From Escherichia phage A73, in the sequence record OP778609: DNA of 64,000 bases; one strand, given 5' to 3'. Below are positions 1-9,364 of this stretch, piece after piece. Below the pieces are notes generated by a model, which saw only the letters and a program-made list of their open reading frames with translations, was not told the DNA's origin and ran no database searches. How positions within the stretch are numbered: position 1 is the stretch's first letter; the number at the start of each line of letters is the position of its first letter. A program made the translations under genes and the position numbers.

Positions 1-891
1 GTTTCAGGGATAGGCAACATTGATCAAGTCATCACCGATGATATCCGTGCTGGTAAAGTGACTTCCGGTAACACTGTTATCACTCGCACTGTCGGGTCTA
101 ATGACCCTGCTCTTGAAGTTCGTGGACCAGGTGAGATTCAGGGCGACCTTAATGTAACCGGAACTGTAACTGGTAACATCGACCTTAGCTCTCAGGACGT
201 TAACGTTGCTTCTATGACCTCAACGGGAACAATAAATGCCCTTTCCATTGAGTCTCGTACATCGGTAATTGGATTATCTGGTACATTCGGTGAAGATTAT
301 GAAGGTGCACCTACATACGGGATAACTTCTCTTTCCGGCGCAAACATCAACAAGAACCTTCGAGTTGGTGGAAACCTGACTGTTGTTGGTAACATCTCTG
401 GCAATATCGACTTGTCTGGAAAGGCGATCGAGCCTGCATCTTTGTCTACCACGACAGCTACGTTAACGACGGCGAACATAACAGACCTGACTGTAACTGG
501 TCAGTTTAATATCCCGACTGTACCGTTAAATGTTCAATCCCTTAGTTCTGAAAACGCTATTTCCGCAAGCAAGTTCAGCACCACACCAAAAGAAGTAAGC
601 ACCACCTCTTCTTCTTATATCCCAGACGGCTCAACGAGCATATATAACGTAAACGTTATAAATGATGTTGAAGTGAAAGCGCCGATTGGCCTGTTGAGTT
701 CAGGAAAAGGTGAGTCAGTATTCCTTTTCTTTGAACAGGATGGTACTGGTGGACATGCGGTAACATTCGGATCGGAGTTTGTTGTGCACGGTACTGAAAC
801 CATCAACACAGATGCAAACACTGTATCGGTAGTTAACATGGTTTATCGTGGCAAAGGCCCATTGATTGACGTATTCATCACTCGTCGCTAA
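1..891 (+). CDS. tail fiber-like protein, 5' partial (open at window start)
   Basis: Frame 1 is open from nt 1 to the stop at 889-891; repeated 'GNIxG/TGxV' beta-repeat pattern and Ser/Thr-rich stretches typical of phage fibers. Confidence 0.6.
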   Translation, partial: VSGIGNIDQVITDDIRAGKVTSGNTVITRTVGSNDPALEVRGPGEIQGDLNVTGTVTGNIDLSSQDVNVASMTSTGTINALSIESRTSVIGLSGTFGEDYEGAPTYGITSLSGANINKNLRVGGNLTVVGNISGNIDLSGKAIEPASLSTTTATLTTANITDLTVTGQFNIPTVPLNVQSLSSENAISASKFSTTPKEVSTTSSSYIPDGSTSIYNVNVINDVEVKAPIGLLSSGKGESVFLFFEQDGTGGHAVTFGSEFVVHGTETINTDANTVSVVNMVYRGKGPLIDVFITRR

Positions 892-894
892 TAG

Positions 895-919
895 AGGCCC
901 TTCGGGGCCTTTTCTTTTT
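895..919 (+). terminator. rho-independent terminator
   Basis: Hairpin AGGCCCTTCGGGGCCT followed by a T-run, directly after the stop. Confidence 0.7.
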
Positions 920-930
920 AGGAGGACAAC

Positions 931-2166
931 ATGATCCCTTTTCCAATTATTAATTTCGGTGGCGGTGTTCCACTACCTGTAGGCGTTACAATCAAGTATG
1001 CAGTAAGTACCAGCACCGGAAATATTTTTATTCTGCTTACCAATGGGCATCTATATGTAACCGGATCTAATTATCTAAACGGGCTTGGTAAAACAGGGAC
1101 CACAAATAATGCAACTTCGGGATGGTCACTTACTAACACAGGTGTTGAAGAAGTTTATGAGGTAGGAACAGAAAGTACACTGTACGGCGGTGTGTGGGTT
1201 AAGAAAAATAATAACCACTATGAATATATCTCTGCCGTAGTCTTTCCCACTGTTGACACAACTCTCCAAAACAGTTGGAACGTCTTGCCTGAATCCGCAT
1301 ACATCGTTGATGGTGTAAATATCTTATCTTCAGCAATACAAATAGCCAGATCATACGCGATCCAACCCGACGGCACTGTTTACAGACTGCTTCCAGAGGG
1401 GCCGCAAGTAGCTTGGCCTGAAAAAACAAAATACCTGTATTTTGCAAACTATAATGCCATTCGTGTCGAGGTGGATGGGACTTTAAAATACCGAGGCGAC
1501 AATGGTGTAGATCAAGTGGCAGGCACTTCTGCCGGAACAACATTATCAACTTGGACAACCATCGGGGATTCTTCTGTAAGGTATATTAGGGCAAAATGTG
1601 CTCGTGGTCAAGTGGCTAACACGAGTGGCGGTTCAGGTGCTCAATCTATTGTACTTGTTGTTGCACAGAGGGAAGATGGGTCATGGGATGCAGTTGGATC
1701 GACAGCAAGAGCAGGGATAAACTCAACCAACGTCCTCGGTCCTAATTTAGCACCTATGACAAGCATACCTGCGGGGGTTGAAGTTTATGTCACTAACCAG
1801 GTCAGTTATACAAACGCAAGTGTGGGAACAAGGGGAGCATTGCAAGTGTTCATCTCCGATAGGGTTAATGGCATCTATCAATCAACGGGTGGACAAGGTG
1901 GATACACCTATTCTTTATTTAGGAATCTTTCTATAACCACTAATGCAACATCTTTCGATAATATATCTGAAGATATTATAAACGATGGTGGTATCCTTCA
2001 CATGACGGGTTCATTATCCGATACTTTCAAAGTGATTGTTAGTGGTAATGGTAATCTTTACTGGACAGGGAGAGGATATTCAGGGGCTATGTACCCTGCT
2101 GACTTTACGGCCTCTAATACGATAGCTCAGAAGTTTAACTTGGAAGGTATAGTTATTCCAGCATAA
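931..2166 (+). CDS. RCC1-like beta-propeller repeat protein (putative fiber/host-interaction protein)
   Basis: 411 aa; repeated 'G.LY.TG.N..G.LG' motifs; paralogous to the three tandem genes at 58228-61726. Confidence 0.6.
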   Translation: MIPFPIINFGGGVPLPVGVTIKYAVSTSTGNIFILLTNGHLYVTGSNYLNGLGKTGTTNNATSGWSLTNTGVEEVYEVGTESTLYGGVWVKKNNNHYEYISAVVFPTVDTTLQNSWNVLPESAYIVDGVNILSSAIQIARSYAIQPDGTVYRLLPEGPQVAWPEKTKYLYFANYNAIRVEVDGTLKYRGDNGVDQVAGTSAGTTLSTWTTIGDSSVRYIRAKCARGQVANTSGGSGAQSIVLVVAQREDGSWDAVGSTARAGINSTNVLGPNLAPMTSIPAGVEVYVTNQVSYTNASVGTRGALQVFISDRVNGIYQSTGGQGGYTYSLFRNLSITTNATSFDNISEDIINDGGILHMTGSLSDTFKVIVSGNGNLYWTGRGYSGAMYPADFTASNTIAQKFNLEGIVIPA

Positions 2167-2200
2167 AGAAAAGGCGCTCAAATGAGCGCCTTTATTTTTA
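2166..2200. terminator. bidirectional rho-independent terminator
   Basis: AAGGCGCTCAAATGAGCGCCTT hairpin flanked by an A-run and a T-run, between converging genes. Confidence 0.7.
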
Positions 2201-2214
2201 TCTAAATTTTACGA

Positions 2215-3390
2215 TCAAAACGGAATATCGTCGTCAAAATCCATATCATCTACAGACATATTTACATGTCCTTCAATATCAGGGGTAGGTGAATCTTCTG
2301 CTGACGGAGTTAACTGCGGTTCCGGCTCAGGTTTCTTTTCCTCTTGCTTAGGAGTTGAAGCACCGTTACGGATCTTATCTTCCAATTGACAGATGAATCG
2401 GAAATTCTCTTCAGTCTTAGCAATAAAGGTTTCGATATTGTCACGACCCCAACGGGCAGAAAGAATGCCACACTGGCCTAAACGAGCACCGAAAGAGTAA
2501 TCATCCATAGATTTAAACTCTTCACGCAGTTTTGCTTTGATCGAATCCATCGCTGCAAGAACTTGTTCTACGATCACACCCTGATTTGCAATAGTTTCAT
2601 CAGGGAACATTGCATCGGTAATAGATAGTGCATTACCTAAACGAATAGGTAGATCATCTTTACCTTTACCTGAACGTGATCCTGTTCCAGTACTTGCACC
2701 TTTTGGACCGTAAGCTTTAAAGCCTGTAACCGTACCATCATCTGAACGAACACCTGCAATACGACCACCTTCTGTAATCTGACCCGTCTGTTCATCAGTG
2801 AGGTTTACAGTAACTTCTGTGCCGTCTTCCAGCTTAACAACTACCTTATTGCCTTCGATAGATGTGATATCACCATAAATCTTCTTAGCTGCACCACCAG
2901 ACGGCTTTTGCTGCTGTTGGGAACCACTTGATTGCTGCTGTTGCTGACGAGGCTCACGAGCACCGGATGCGTCAGTAATCTTGATACGTGCTTTCTTACC
3001 TTCTGTAGAAGAACCTTGACTACCATCTTGTTTGGTATAGGTCTTGATAACAACAGGTAAACGAATTTTCATACCCTCTTTAAGATCGGTGTAACCACCT
3101 TCAGGATTTTTAATCTGGAACTGATTCTCATACTTCAGATTTTTAACTTCACCCTCACCAAAAGAAATCCATGCTTGATCTTCACCTTCTTTAAGAAGAA
3201 CCGCATAGCGGTGGGTATTGTTAATGCTTTTCTGCTGACCAGTATTCTTGTCTTTGAAGGTAGTCACTCGTGGGCTACCATCTTCATTAATACGTTTGAT
3301 CATGATACGTTCAATCGTACCTGCTGCAATGTTTACTGTGGTATCGGAAACAGCATCGTATACAGCATTGATAACTTTAACTTCAGACAT
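2215..3390 (-). CDS. ssDNA-binding (SSB-like) protein with E. coli SSB-type acidic C-terminal tail
   Basis: 391 aa; C-terminus MDFDDDIPF matches the E. coli SSB tip; Gln/Gly/Ser-rich linker; N-terminal domain not confidently recognised as a canonical OB fold. Confidence 0.65.
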   Translation of the reverse strand: MSEVKVINAVYDAVSDTTVNIAAGTIERIMIKRINEDGSPRVTTFKDKNTGQQKSINNTHRYAVLLKEGEDQAWISFGEGEVKNLKYENQFQIKNPEGGYTDLKEGMKIRLPVVIKTYTKQDGSQGSSTEGKKARIKITDASGAREPRQQQQQSSGSQQQQKPSGGAAKKIYGDITSIEGNKVVVKLEDGTEVTVNLTDEQTGQITEGGRIAGVRSDDGTVTGFKAYGPKGASTGTGSRSGKGKDDLPIRLGNALSITDAMFPDETIANQGVIVEQVLAAMDSIKAKLREEFKSMDDYSFGARLGQCGILSARWGRDNIETFIAKTEENFRFICQLEDKIRNGASTPKQEEKKPEPEPQLTPSAEDSPTPDIEGHVNMSVDDMDFDDDIPF

Positions 3391-3473
3391 TTAAATCTCC
3401 TTTAACTATTGAACACACCACTTAAGGCCGAGAAACTATATTACAACTAACTTATTTGAATTGCAAACAACTT

Positions 3474-3854
3474 TTAGAGATAAACTCGCTTAACTTTTTC
3501 ATGAACATTATCAAACAAAGTGTTGATCATCTGCAAGTCTTTAATAAGTTCTTCCGTAAATTGTTCTTCTTTGTGAGCAAACACACGAGAACGGTCAATG
3601 TTTACAGGATCTGAACTTTGGTCGCCTGACAGATCGAAAATGTCGATACCGATACGAGCACGGCCTTTTTCAATCTTGTTGTTTTCATCAATACCGAAGA
3701 CACTCATGATTTGCATTTCACGATCTTCTTCACTGTTTGTGTAAATGATCGTCGTATTCAAATTCTTAACACCATCGTAAATGTGAATGTTACGTGTCGC
3801 AGAGATAGGAATCCAATCAGCAACCAAATAATCTTTACCGTCGAAAATACTCAT
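3474..3854 (-). CDS. hypothetical protein
   Basis: 126-aa ORF, co-oriented in the leftward block. Confidence 0.5.
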   Translation of the reverse strand: MSIFDGKDYLVADWIPISATRNIHIYDGVKNLNTTIIYTNSEEDREMQIMSVFGIDENNKIEKGRARIGIDIFDLSGDQSSDPVNIDRSRVFAHKEEQFTEELIKDLQMINTLFDNVHEKVKRVYL

Positions 3855-3908
3855 CTTCTTTCCTCTTTTGTTTAAGTGGGGCCATTATGCCCCACACTTA
3901 ACTTTCTG

Positions 3909-4481
3909 TCAAGGACGTTTCGGTGGACTAACGACACCTTTTTTAGATAAAGGTAATTCGTCTGCATCTTTTCCACGGAGAGATTCTAACCACTCATCTA
4001 AAGATAGAGGTACTTTGCCAACACCCTTGGACCATACAGATAAGCAATACAGGTCGTATGCAGATGGGCCAGCATCACCCTTGTCACCATACGGCCCTTT
4101 TAAACTCGCCAACCAATCCTTTTCATTCAGTGGGATAGTGCCTGGATCTTCTTGTCGAAGAACTCTTAGGTATGTTTCATAAGCAGACTCTCCACGGGGA
4201 CCCATTGGACCAGGTAAACCTTGCGGTCCCTTTGCATAGTCTAAATATGCAGACTTTGAACCATCATTGACCACTGAAACTTTATACAATGACCAAGCCA
4301 ACAGAACTATCCAACAAGCAAACAATGCAAGCGGGTAAGGGATCATTGAAGTAAAGAATGACAGGGCTAAAATTACAACCTTGTTCTTGTGATCACGACG
4401 GAAAGCGATGATCACAGGGGCTAACCAGATAGCAAAGATAACCCACGCAGATAAGATAAACAACCAACTAATGTATTCCAT
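3909..4481 (-). CDS. membrane protein with collagen-like Gly-X-Y repeats
   Basis: 190 aa; two N-terminal hydrophobic helices; GPQGLPGPMGPRGES and GPYGDKGDAGPS triplet repeats. Confidence 0.55.
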   Translation of the reverse strand: MEYISWLFILSAWVIFAIWLAPVIIAFRRDHKNKVVILALSFFTSMIPYPLALFACWIVLLAWSLYKVSVVNDGSKSAYLDYAKGPQGLPGPMGPRGESAYETYLRVLRQEDPGTIPLNEKDWLASLKGPYGDKGDAGPSAYDLYCLSVWSKGVGKVPLSLDEWLESLRGKDADELPLSKKGVVSPPKRP

Positions 4482-4669
4482 TAAGCCTCCTCAGTATCGT
4501 CTTTAAAGTAATCTAACATCCAACTCTCTACAGGTTTCGCATAGTAACCCGTTCGCCCTTTCTTTTGGAACTCCATAACAATTTCATTTGCAATACCTTT
4601 TGTGATTGCGATCCCGATCAGTGCACCACCAGGCCCCATTACTGCATGTGAACTAAGATCATTACTCAT
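4481..4669 (-). CDS. hypothetical small protein
   Basis: 62-aa ORF; Gly-zipper-like segment GPGGALIGIAITKG; start overlaps the upstream stop. Confidence 0.4.
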   Translation of the reverse strand: MSNDLSSHAVMGPGGALIGIAITKGIANEIVMEFQKKGRTGYYAKPVESWMLDYFKDDTEEA

Positions 4670-4961
4670 TTTTAACCCCCTTCATTTTATCTCTTAAACT
4701 TTGAGCATCCCACGTATAACCTGAGGAGATACCTTTTTCACGTTCACTATCTTTGAACTTGCAAATTACAGATTTTGCTTCACCATCAACAACAACCGCA
4801 TAACTGTTGTAGTAATTGTGTTGCTTCTTGCAAAATTCGTGTAACTCCTTGACCTCTATTGGCATCAGAGAAGGTAGATTTTTGTATCGCTTTGTCTGAT
4901 CATCTTCACCCTCTCCGCAACCAACAAGAAGAAGTATACATAAAATGATTAACCTTTTCAA
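4662..4961 (-). CDS. putative lipoprotein
   Basis: 99 aa; signal peptide with lipobox LLVGC; probable TTG start preceded by GGGGG. Confidence 0.55.
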   Translation of the reverse strand: MKRLIILCILLLVGCGEGEDDQTKRYKNLPSLMPIEVKELHEFCKKQHNYYNSYAVVVDGEAKSVICKFKDSEREKGISSGYTWDAQSLRDKMKGVKNE

Positions 4962-5109
4962 TAGCTACCCCCAAAATATTTTGTAGTCTCTACTGCAAAT
5001 ATTGTCCCAAGTATGAACCATGTCGCACTTAGCACGTTGAAAGGTAAAAACCTCGATCCTGCAAGAGAAACCATAATAAAAAACGTTACAAAAATCTCTG
5101 GAGGAATCA

Positions 5110-5511
5110 TCATTGTTTGATAGTCCCTTTGGCGATCATCTCGTCAAGTTCATCTTCCGCACGACACATGATTTGGTAGATAGTTTCTGGATTGTTTAAG
5201 AATTCTGTGTACTTCTTGATACGACAAACTAAACGTGCACGAACTTTACGCTCACGGGCCACATGATTAAAGTAATGTCCCTTTTGTCTGTAGACCCAAG
5301 CATAATATACAGTTTTTGCTCTCTGGCGATCAGAACCTAAACGTTCAGCTAATTCTGTGTACGGGTCATTGTTGGTTGGACCAAACAAAAATATTTCTGC
5401 AAAACTTTCCTTCATGATACGAGCTTCTTCATCCGTAACTCGCGGACATTCTTCAGAACCGTAACGTGGGGTTTTAGTGGCATTTGGCTTCTTAGGGTAT
5501 ACTTTACGCAT
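5110..5511 (-). CDS. hypothetical protein
   Basis: 133-aa basic ORF. Confidence 0.5.
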   Translation of the reverse strand: MRKVYPKKPNATKTPRYGSEECPRVTDEEARIMKESFAEIFLFGPTNNDPYTELAERLGSDRQRAKTVYYAWVYRQKGHYFNHVARERKVRARLVCRIKKYTEFLNNPETIYQIMCRAEDELDEMIAKGTIKQ

Positions 5512-5578
5512 TTCATCACTCCTCTAATTAAAACTCTTACTCCCGATGTGAGGAGCCTTTCGGCCCCTCCCTTAAATA

Positions 5579-6187
5579 TCAATCACAACTGCTTGAAGAA
5601 CTGCTACTGCTACTATCCGAAGAATAACTATCGTAAGATGATGAGCTATCATACGAACTTGATCGACTTGGAGAACAGTAAGAACTTGAACTACTTGTAC
5701 GATCTTCACTGGATGACATTACGGCAGCATACGTTGCCACACCACCTAAAGCTGCCACCTGAGGATCAACCTGGCTAGTCCCGTACCCGTTTGGGGAGTC
5801 GCTCATCTTACGTGGTGCTGCCCGACGTGCCTGATCAATATACTGTCGCTTTGCCTTCGGCGGTAATTTCTTACCTTGAGCATAGGACGGTAATTCAACG
5901 CCCTTCAGTTGTTCATCCAAGGACTTAGGCGGTGTAGCCTGAGCTTTTGGGCGTTCAATTGAGATATCTACAACCTTCATTGTTTTATCTTTAAGGTTTA
6001 CCCCTACCAACGCTTCATTTTCCTTTAGTGGTTCTTCTAAAGATCGTGTTTCAACTGGACTGAATTTAACGCTTGCAGTTTCTTGACGTTGTTCAGCTTG
6101 CTTTGCGATATACTTATCGATCGCCGCAGTTTCTACTTCCAGAGGAATAAATAATGATTTTACCCAAGCAACAAACTTCTTGATCAT
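5579..6187 (-). CDS. hypothetical protein with Ser-rich low-complexity C-terminal tail
   Basis: 202 aa; N-terminal hydrophobic segment; C-terminal poly-Ser/Tyr/Asp tract. Confidence 0.5.
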   Translation of the reverse strand: MIKKFVAWVKSLFIPLEVETAAIDKYIAKQAEQRQETASVKFSPVETRSLEEPLKENEALVGVNLKDKTMKVVDISIERPKAQATPPKSLDEQLKGVELPSYAQGKKLPPKAKRQYIDQARRAAPRKMSDSPNGYGTSQVDPQVAALGGVATYAAVMSSSEDRTSSSSSYCSPSRSSSYDSSSSYDSYSSDSSSSSSSSSCD

Positions 6188-6408
6188 ACTCTTTCTCCTT
6201 TTTCATCAATAACGATTAATGGCTCAATAACTAAAAGGCGCTGCTTCATAAGACTTTTTATAGTCTCATCGATATCAGATAGAAGAATATCTTTTTGACT
6301 TTCTATCCAATTACGTGCTGCCTTTTCTGAAACAAATGCAATACCTTCTTGACCAATATCCCATTCACAGAATACTTTATACACCATCATCTTCTCCCTT
6401 GTCAACAT
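6184..6408 (-). CDS. hypothetical protein
   Basis: 74-aa ORF; ATGA-type overlap with neighbour. Confidence 0.4.
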   Translation of the reverse strand: MLTREKMMVYKVFCEWDIGQEGIAFVSEKAARNWIESQKDILLSDIDETIKSLMKQRLLVIEPLIVIDEKGERV

Positions 6409-6694
6409 TTTTCGGATTAAGTTTCTTTTCTGCGGCCTTCAAAATAATATCCAGCTTTTCAATTTCCTTATGTAAAGGCTCAGATAATAACTTCTCACCA
6501 AAAAGCCAGAATTTCTTCATGCCTTTCTTAACGCACTTTCCCATAAAGCCCGCGAGGTCTTCTAGTCGCCAAGCAATAAAACTAAATATTGCAGCTAAAA
6601 GGTGAATCAAGGCCAGTAGTAAACGATGCGGGTTTAGTACAGCAAGGCACAGGATCATAAAGATTATTTTAGTAAAACCCCAAATAATTTTCAT
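6377..6694 (-). CDS. small membrane protein
   Basis: 105 aa; two predicted TM helices. Confidence 0.45.
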   Translation of the reverse strand: MKIIWGFTKIIFMILCLAVLNPHRLLLALIHLLAAIFSFIAWRLEDLAGFMGKCVKKGMKKFWLFGEKLLSEPLHKEIEKLDIILKAAEKKLNPKNVDKGEDDGV

Positions 6695-7077
6695 TCGTAA
6701 TTGATCTCCACTTTAACAATTTTACCAGTTTTATCATTGAATACTTCAATGTCATAGTATTCAACAACGCCTTCATCATCAAAAGAACTTTTTTGTTTGC
6801 AAGGTGATACCCAAAAACCGTGGATTACTGCCTCCTCCAGTCCGTCGGTATGTGATACAACACTCAATGTTGGGTAAGGGACCATAATAGGTTTTACCTC
6901 ACCACAACCACACGTACAGCAAAATACTTCATCTTCTTCCAGTTGGTACAGTCGCTTTTCTGGAACAAAGGTCAGATGCGCCAAAGGATATTTAGAGACG
7001 ATGGCATTAATATAAGGTTTTCCTGCCAAGCTGTCAATAAATTCATTAAACTCTTTTCTATTTTTTGATAAGCTCAT
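6691..7077 (-). CDS. hypothetical Cys-rich protein
   Basis: 128 aa; CCTCGCGE cluster. Confidence 0.5.
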   Translation of the reverse strand: MSLSKNRKEFNEFIDSLAGKPYINAIVSKYPLAHLTFVPEKRLYQLEEDEVFCCTCGCGEVKPIMVPYPTLSVVSHTDGLEEAVIHGFWVSPCKQKSSFDDEGVVEYYDIEVFNDKTGKIVKVEINYE

Positions 7078-7310
7078 CGAGTACCTCCAAAAATATTTAA
7101 AGCTTTAGAATAATCAATGTGACCTGGAACAGTGTGGGCCTCTTGTACAAGGCATTGCCGACAAATACGTGACACAACTGTTGTCTTGATCTCTTCTGTA
7201 TCGTAGAAGCGAGACATTACCTTTGTAACTTGATTGCATTGAGTAATAACAAAATCGTGTTTACAACTTGGTTTGTTTTCTTCAGTTTCTTTCTTTTTAA
7301 AAGGCCACAT
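7074..7310 (-). CDS. putative zinc-ribbon protein
   Basis: 78 aa; four Cys arranged C..C....C..C. Confidence 0.45.
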   Translation of the reverse strand: MWPFKKKETEENKPSCKHDFVITQCNQVTKVMSRFYDTEEIKTTVVSRICRQCLVQEAHTVPGHIDYSKALNIFGGTR

Positions 7311-7318
7311 GGTGACTC

Positions 7319-7501
7319 CTATTCTTCAACTATTTCGTATTCATCTTTCAAGAGCATAAATTGATAGCCCTTGCCCTTATTCGCAATAATAGTACCAGAC
7401 GCGCTCTCTTTTGTCACGAAAAGAATTGAATCTTTTTGGACACCGTAATACTTAAGTTGCTCAAGCAGTTTGGTCTTTGATTCTAAGATTTTGACTTTCA
7501 T
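7319..7501 (-). CDS. hypothetical protein
   Basis: 60-aa ORF. Confidence 0.35.
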   Translation of the reverse strand: MKVKILESKTKLLEQLKYYGVQKDSILFVTKESASGTIIANKGKGYQFMLLKDEYEIVEE

Positions 7502-7596
7502 TAGATATCAATTACTACGATTTCAAGCATTGAGTTTTCAACAGCTTCCTTATGTTTTGCTGAGTAAAATTTCATTTAATTATCCTCTCTGCCAGT

Positions 7597-7863
7597 TTAT
7601 AATTTTTCTTTGCCTAAAGTAAGACTAATTTCGAAAGTTTTTGTGATAACTTTATCGTCTTTGTCGAAGAAATCAAATTGGACATAACTCTCGGTCGAAC
7701 TGACAACCAGACCTACAGAGACAGTCCCTTCTGGTACGAGAGCCTTATATTCTTCTTTTAGCACAACGTCGTAAAAATACAACGCTCCACAATAAACTTC
7801 ATCCCAACCATCAAAAGATTCGATGAAAGCTTTTTCAATACCAACTAAAGTATTTTCTGACAT
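7597..7863 (-). CDS. hypothetical protein
   Basis: 88-aa ORF. Confidence 0.4.
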   Translation of the reverse strand: MSENTLVGIEKAFIESFDGWDEVYCGALYFYDVVLKEEYKALVPEGTVSVGLVVSSTESYVQFDFFDKDDKVITKTFEISLTLGKEKL

Positions 7864-7886
7864 TATATTATCCTCTTCGTTTCAAG

Positions 7887-8153
7887 TTAGATATAGTCTA
7901 CACCAGCTTGTTCCAACAAGTCAAGCCTTAATTTAAGTTCTTTTTCACGATAGTCGGAAACAAGTTTATCCTTTTTCTTTTCTTCTTCGTCGAACTGTTC
8001 GAGTGGAAGAATACGAATAATGTGCTCTGCCTTCATGTAGGACGTTGATCCGATAAGCTGAACATTACCATTTGGTAACAATCGACCCTTGATCACCCGA
8101 TAACGAGGGAACAAGTCATATTTAACAATCGCGGTAACTGCTAGATTACTCAT
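7887..8153 (-). CDS. hypothetical protein
   Basis: 88-aa ORF. Confidence 0.4.
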   Translation of the reverse strand: MSNLAVTAIVKYDLFPRYRVIKGRLLPNGNVQLIGSTSYMKAEHIIRILPLEQFDEEEKKKDKLVSDYREKELKLRLDLLEQAGVDYI

Positions 8154-8523
8154 GTGTATTCTCCATATCGCGAATTCGATCTTCTACCCAACCACGACGA
8201 TAAATGTTGAGGTAAGATTTACCTTTTGAACCATGATGGGCATATTCGTCAAAATCAAAATCAAAAGGCGTCTCGGTGTTAAGACCCGCATCAAAGAATT
8301 GATTCTTCATTTCGAATTGCACTTTCATGTCTGGATCATTTTTACCTAAAAATGAAGACAAATTAAAACAAAGGCCAGCACCTCGGTAAAAAGCCCCATC
8401 TTTTGGTGCACCGATATCTAACCATTTTTTATATTCTCGGTAGAAATTCAGAAGTTGCGGACTGCTTTTCATTTTGTTCTCCTCATTTGTTTTGATAGGA
8501 CTACTATAACATAGTCCTATCAA
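8146..8523 (-). CDS. hypothetical protein (paralog of 17858-18154)
   Basis: 125 aa; shares W-L-D-GAP, GLC, F(F/T)DAGL and FPFD motifs with the 98-aa protein at 17858-18154. Confidence 0.5.
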   Translation of the reverse strand: MIGLCYSSPIKTNEENKMKSSPQLLNFYREYKKWLDIGAPKDGAFYRGAGLCFNLSSFLGKNDPDMKVQFEMKNQFFDAGLNTETPFDFDFDEYAHHGSKGKSYLNIYRRGWVEDRIRDMENTHE

Positions 8524-8605
8524 CTTGTATACTATTTAATTAAAGATTTTATGAATGCTTGGTAGGACCCTTCTTTAAATACTCATCTGGATAATAAAAA
8601 TCATC

Positions 8606-8983
8606 CTATACTCCAAATGTGGATTTGATTTCAGCAATAACCTCATGCACATTGTTTTCGTTTACTTCAAATGTGTAGGACGTTGGTTTAAGGAACGTCT
8701 GAGGTGAAACATTAACAAAGAATTCAAATTCATCATTAAAAATTTCAAAGTATTTTCCAGGTGTTGATTCTTGGCTTTTGAAAACAGTACCATCTTCCAT
8801 AGTAACAGAAGAAACAGATTTTTCACCAAGGGTGTATGTTTTTAGCTCGTCAACAACGAAACTGGGGCCGTGGCGACGGAGTATTTCAACCATAGTTCGG
8901 TTAGCTCCACAAATACCAGTACGATTAATAAATAACTCTTCACACCGAGGATTGAGAATATAAGTTTTTCCTACTTGCATCAT
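8606..8983 (-). CDS. hypothetical protein, tandem paralog family member 1
   Basis: 125 aa; starts M(M)QVGKTYILNP; RBS AAGGAG; similar to the next two genes. Confidence 0.55.
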   Translation of the reverse strand: MMQVGKTYILNPRCEELFINRTGICGANRTMVEILRRHGPSFVVDELKTYTLGEKSVSSVTMEDGTVFKSQESTPGKYFEIFNDEFEFFVNVSPQTFLKPTSYTFEVNENNVHEVIAEIKSTFGV

Positions 8984-8993
8984 TACAATCTCC

Positions 8994-9353
8994 TTATGCT
9001 AAGTTAAATGTGGATTTGATCAGGTCAATAACCTCTTGTGCGTTGCTCTCCGACACAGATACCTGAATAATTTTAAGGTCGCTGACCTCTTCAAAGTATT
9101 CGAACTCAGATTCACGAAGTTCAAAGTACATTGCCCCACAGCCCACACTGAATGAATCACACCCTACAGCACCATCTTCTGTTGTGATGTTATTAACATA
9201 CTCATCACCTTCGATCATGCTCATGTTGTTAACAATAAATCGTGGCCCGTGCTCATCCAGAAAAGAAACAATCTCGTGATTGTAACTTGGGTCAGCCTGA
9301 ATAAATTCTTCTACGAGTTTTGGATTAAGTTTATAAGTTTTTCCGACTTCCAT
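8994..9353 (-). CDS. hypothetical protein, tandem paralog family member 2
   Basis: 119 aa; MEVGKTYKLNP ... HGPRFIVNN ... SNAQEVIDLIKSTFNLA. Confidence 0.55.
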   Translation of the reverse strand: MEVGKTYKLNPKLVEEFIQADPSYNHEIVSFLDEHGPRFIVNNMSMIEGDEYVNNITTEDGAVGCDSFSVGCGAMYFELRESEFEYFEEVSDLKIIQVSVSESNAQEVIDLIKSTFNLA

Positions 9354-9364
9354 CTTTGTTCTCC

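Noticed and set aside
2215-3390. Calling the 391-aa protein a canonical bacterial-type SSB
   Set aside because: Only the C-terminal tip is SSB-identical; the N-terminal region could not be matched by eye to the SSB OB fold, so it is called SSB-like with moderate confidence.
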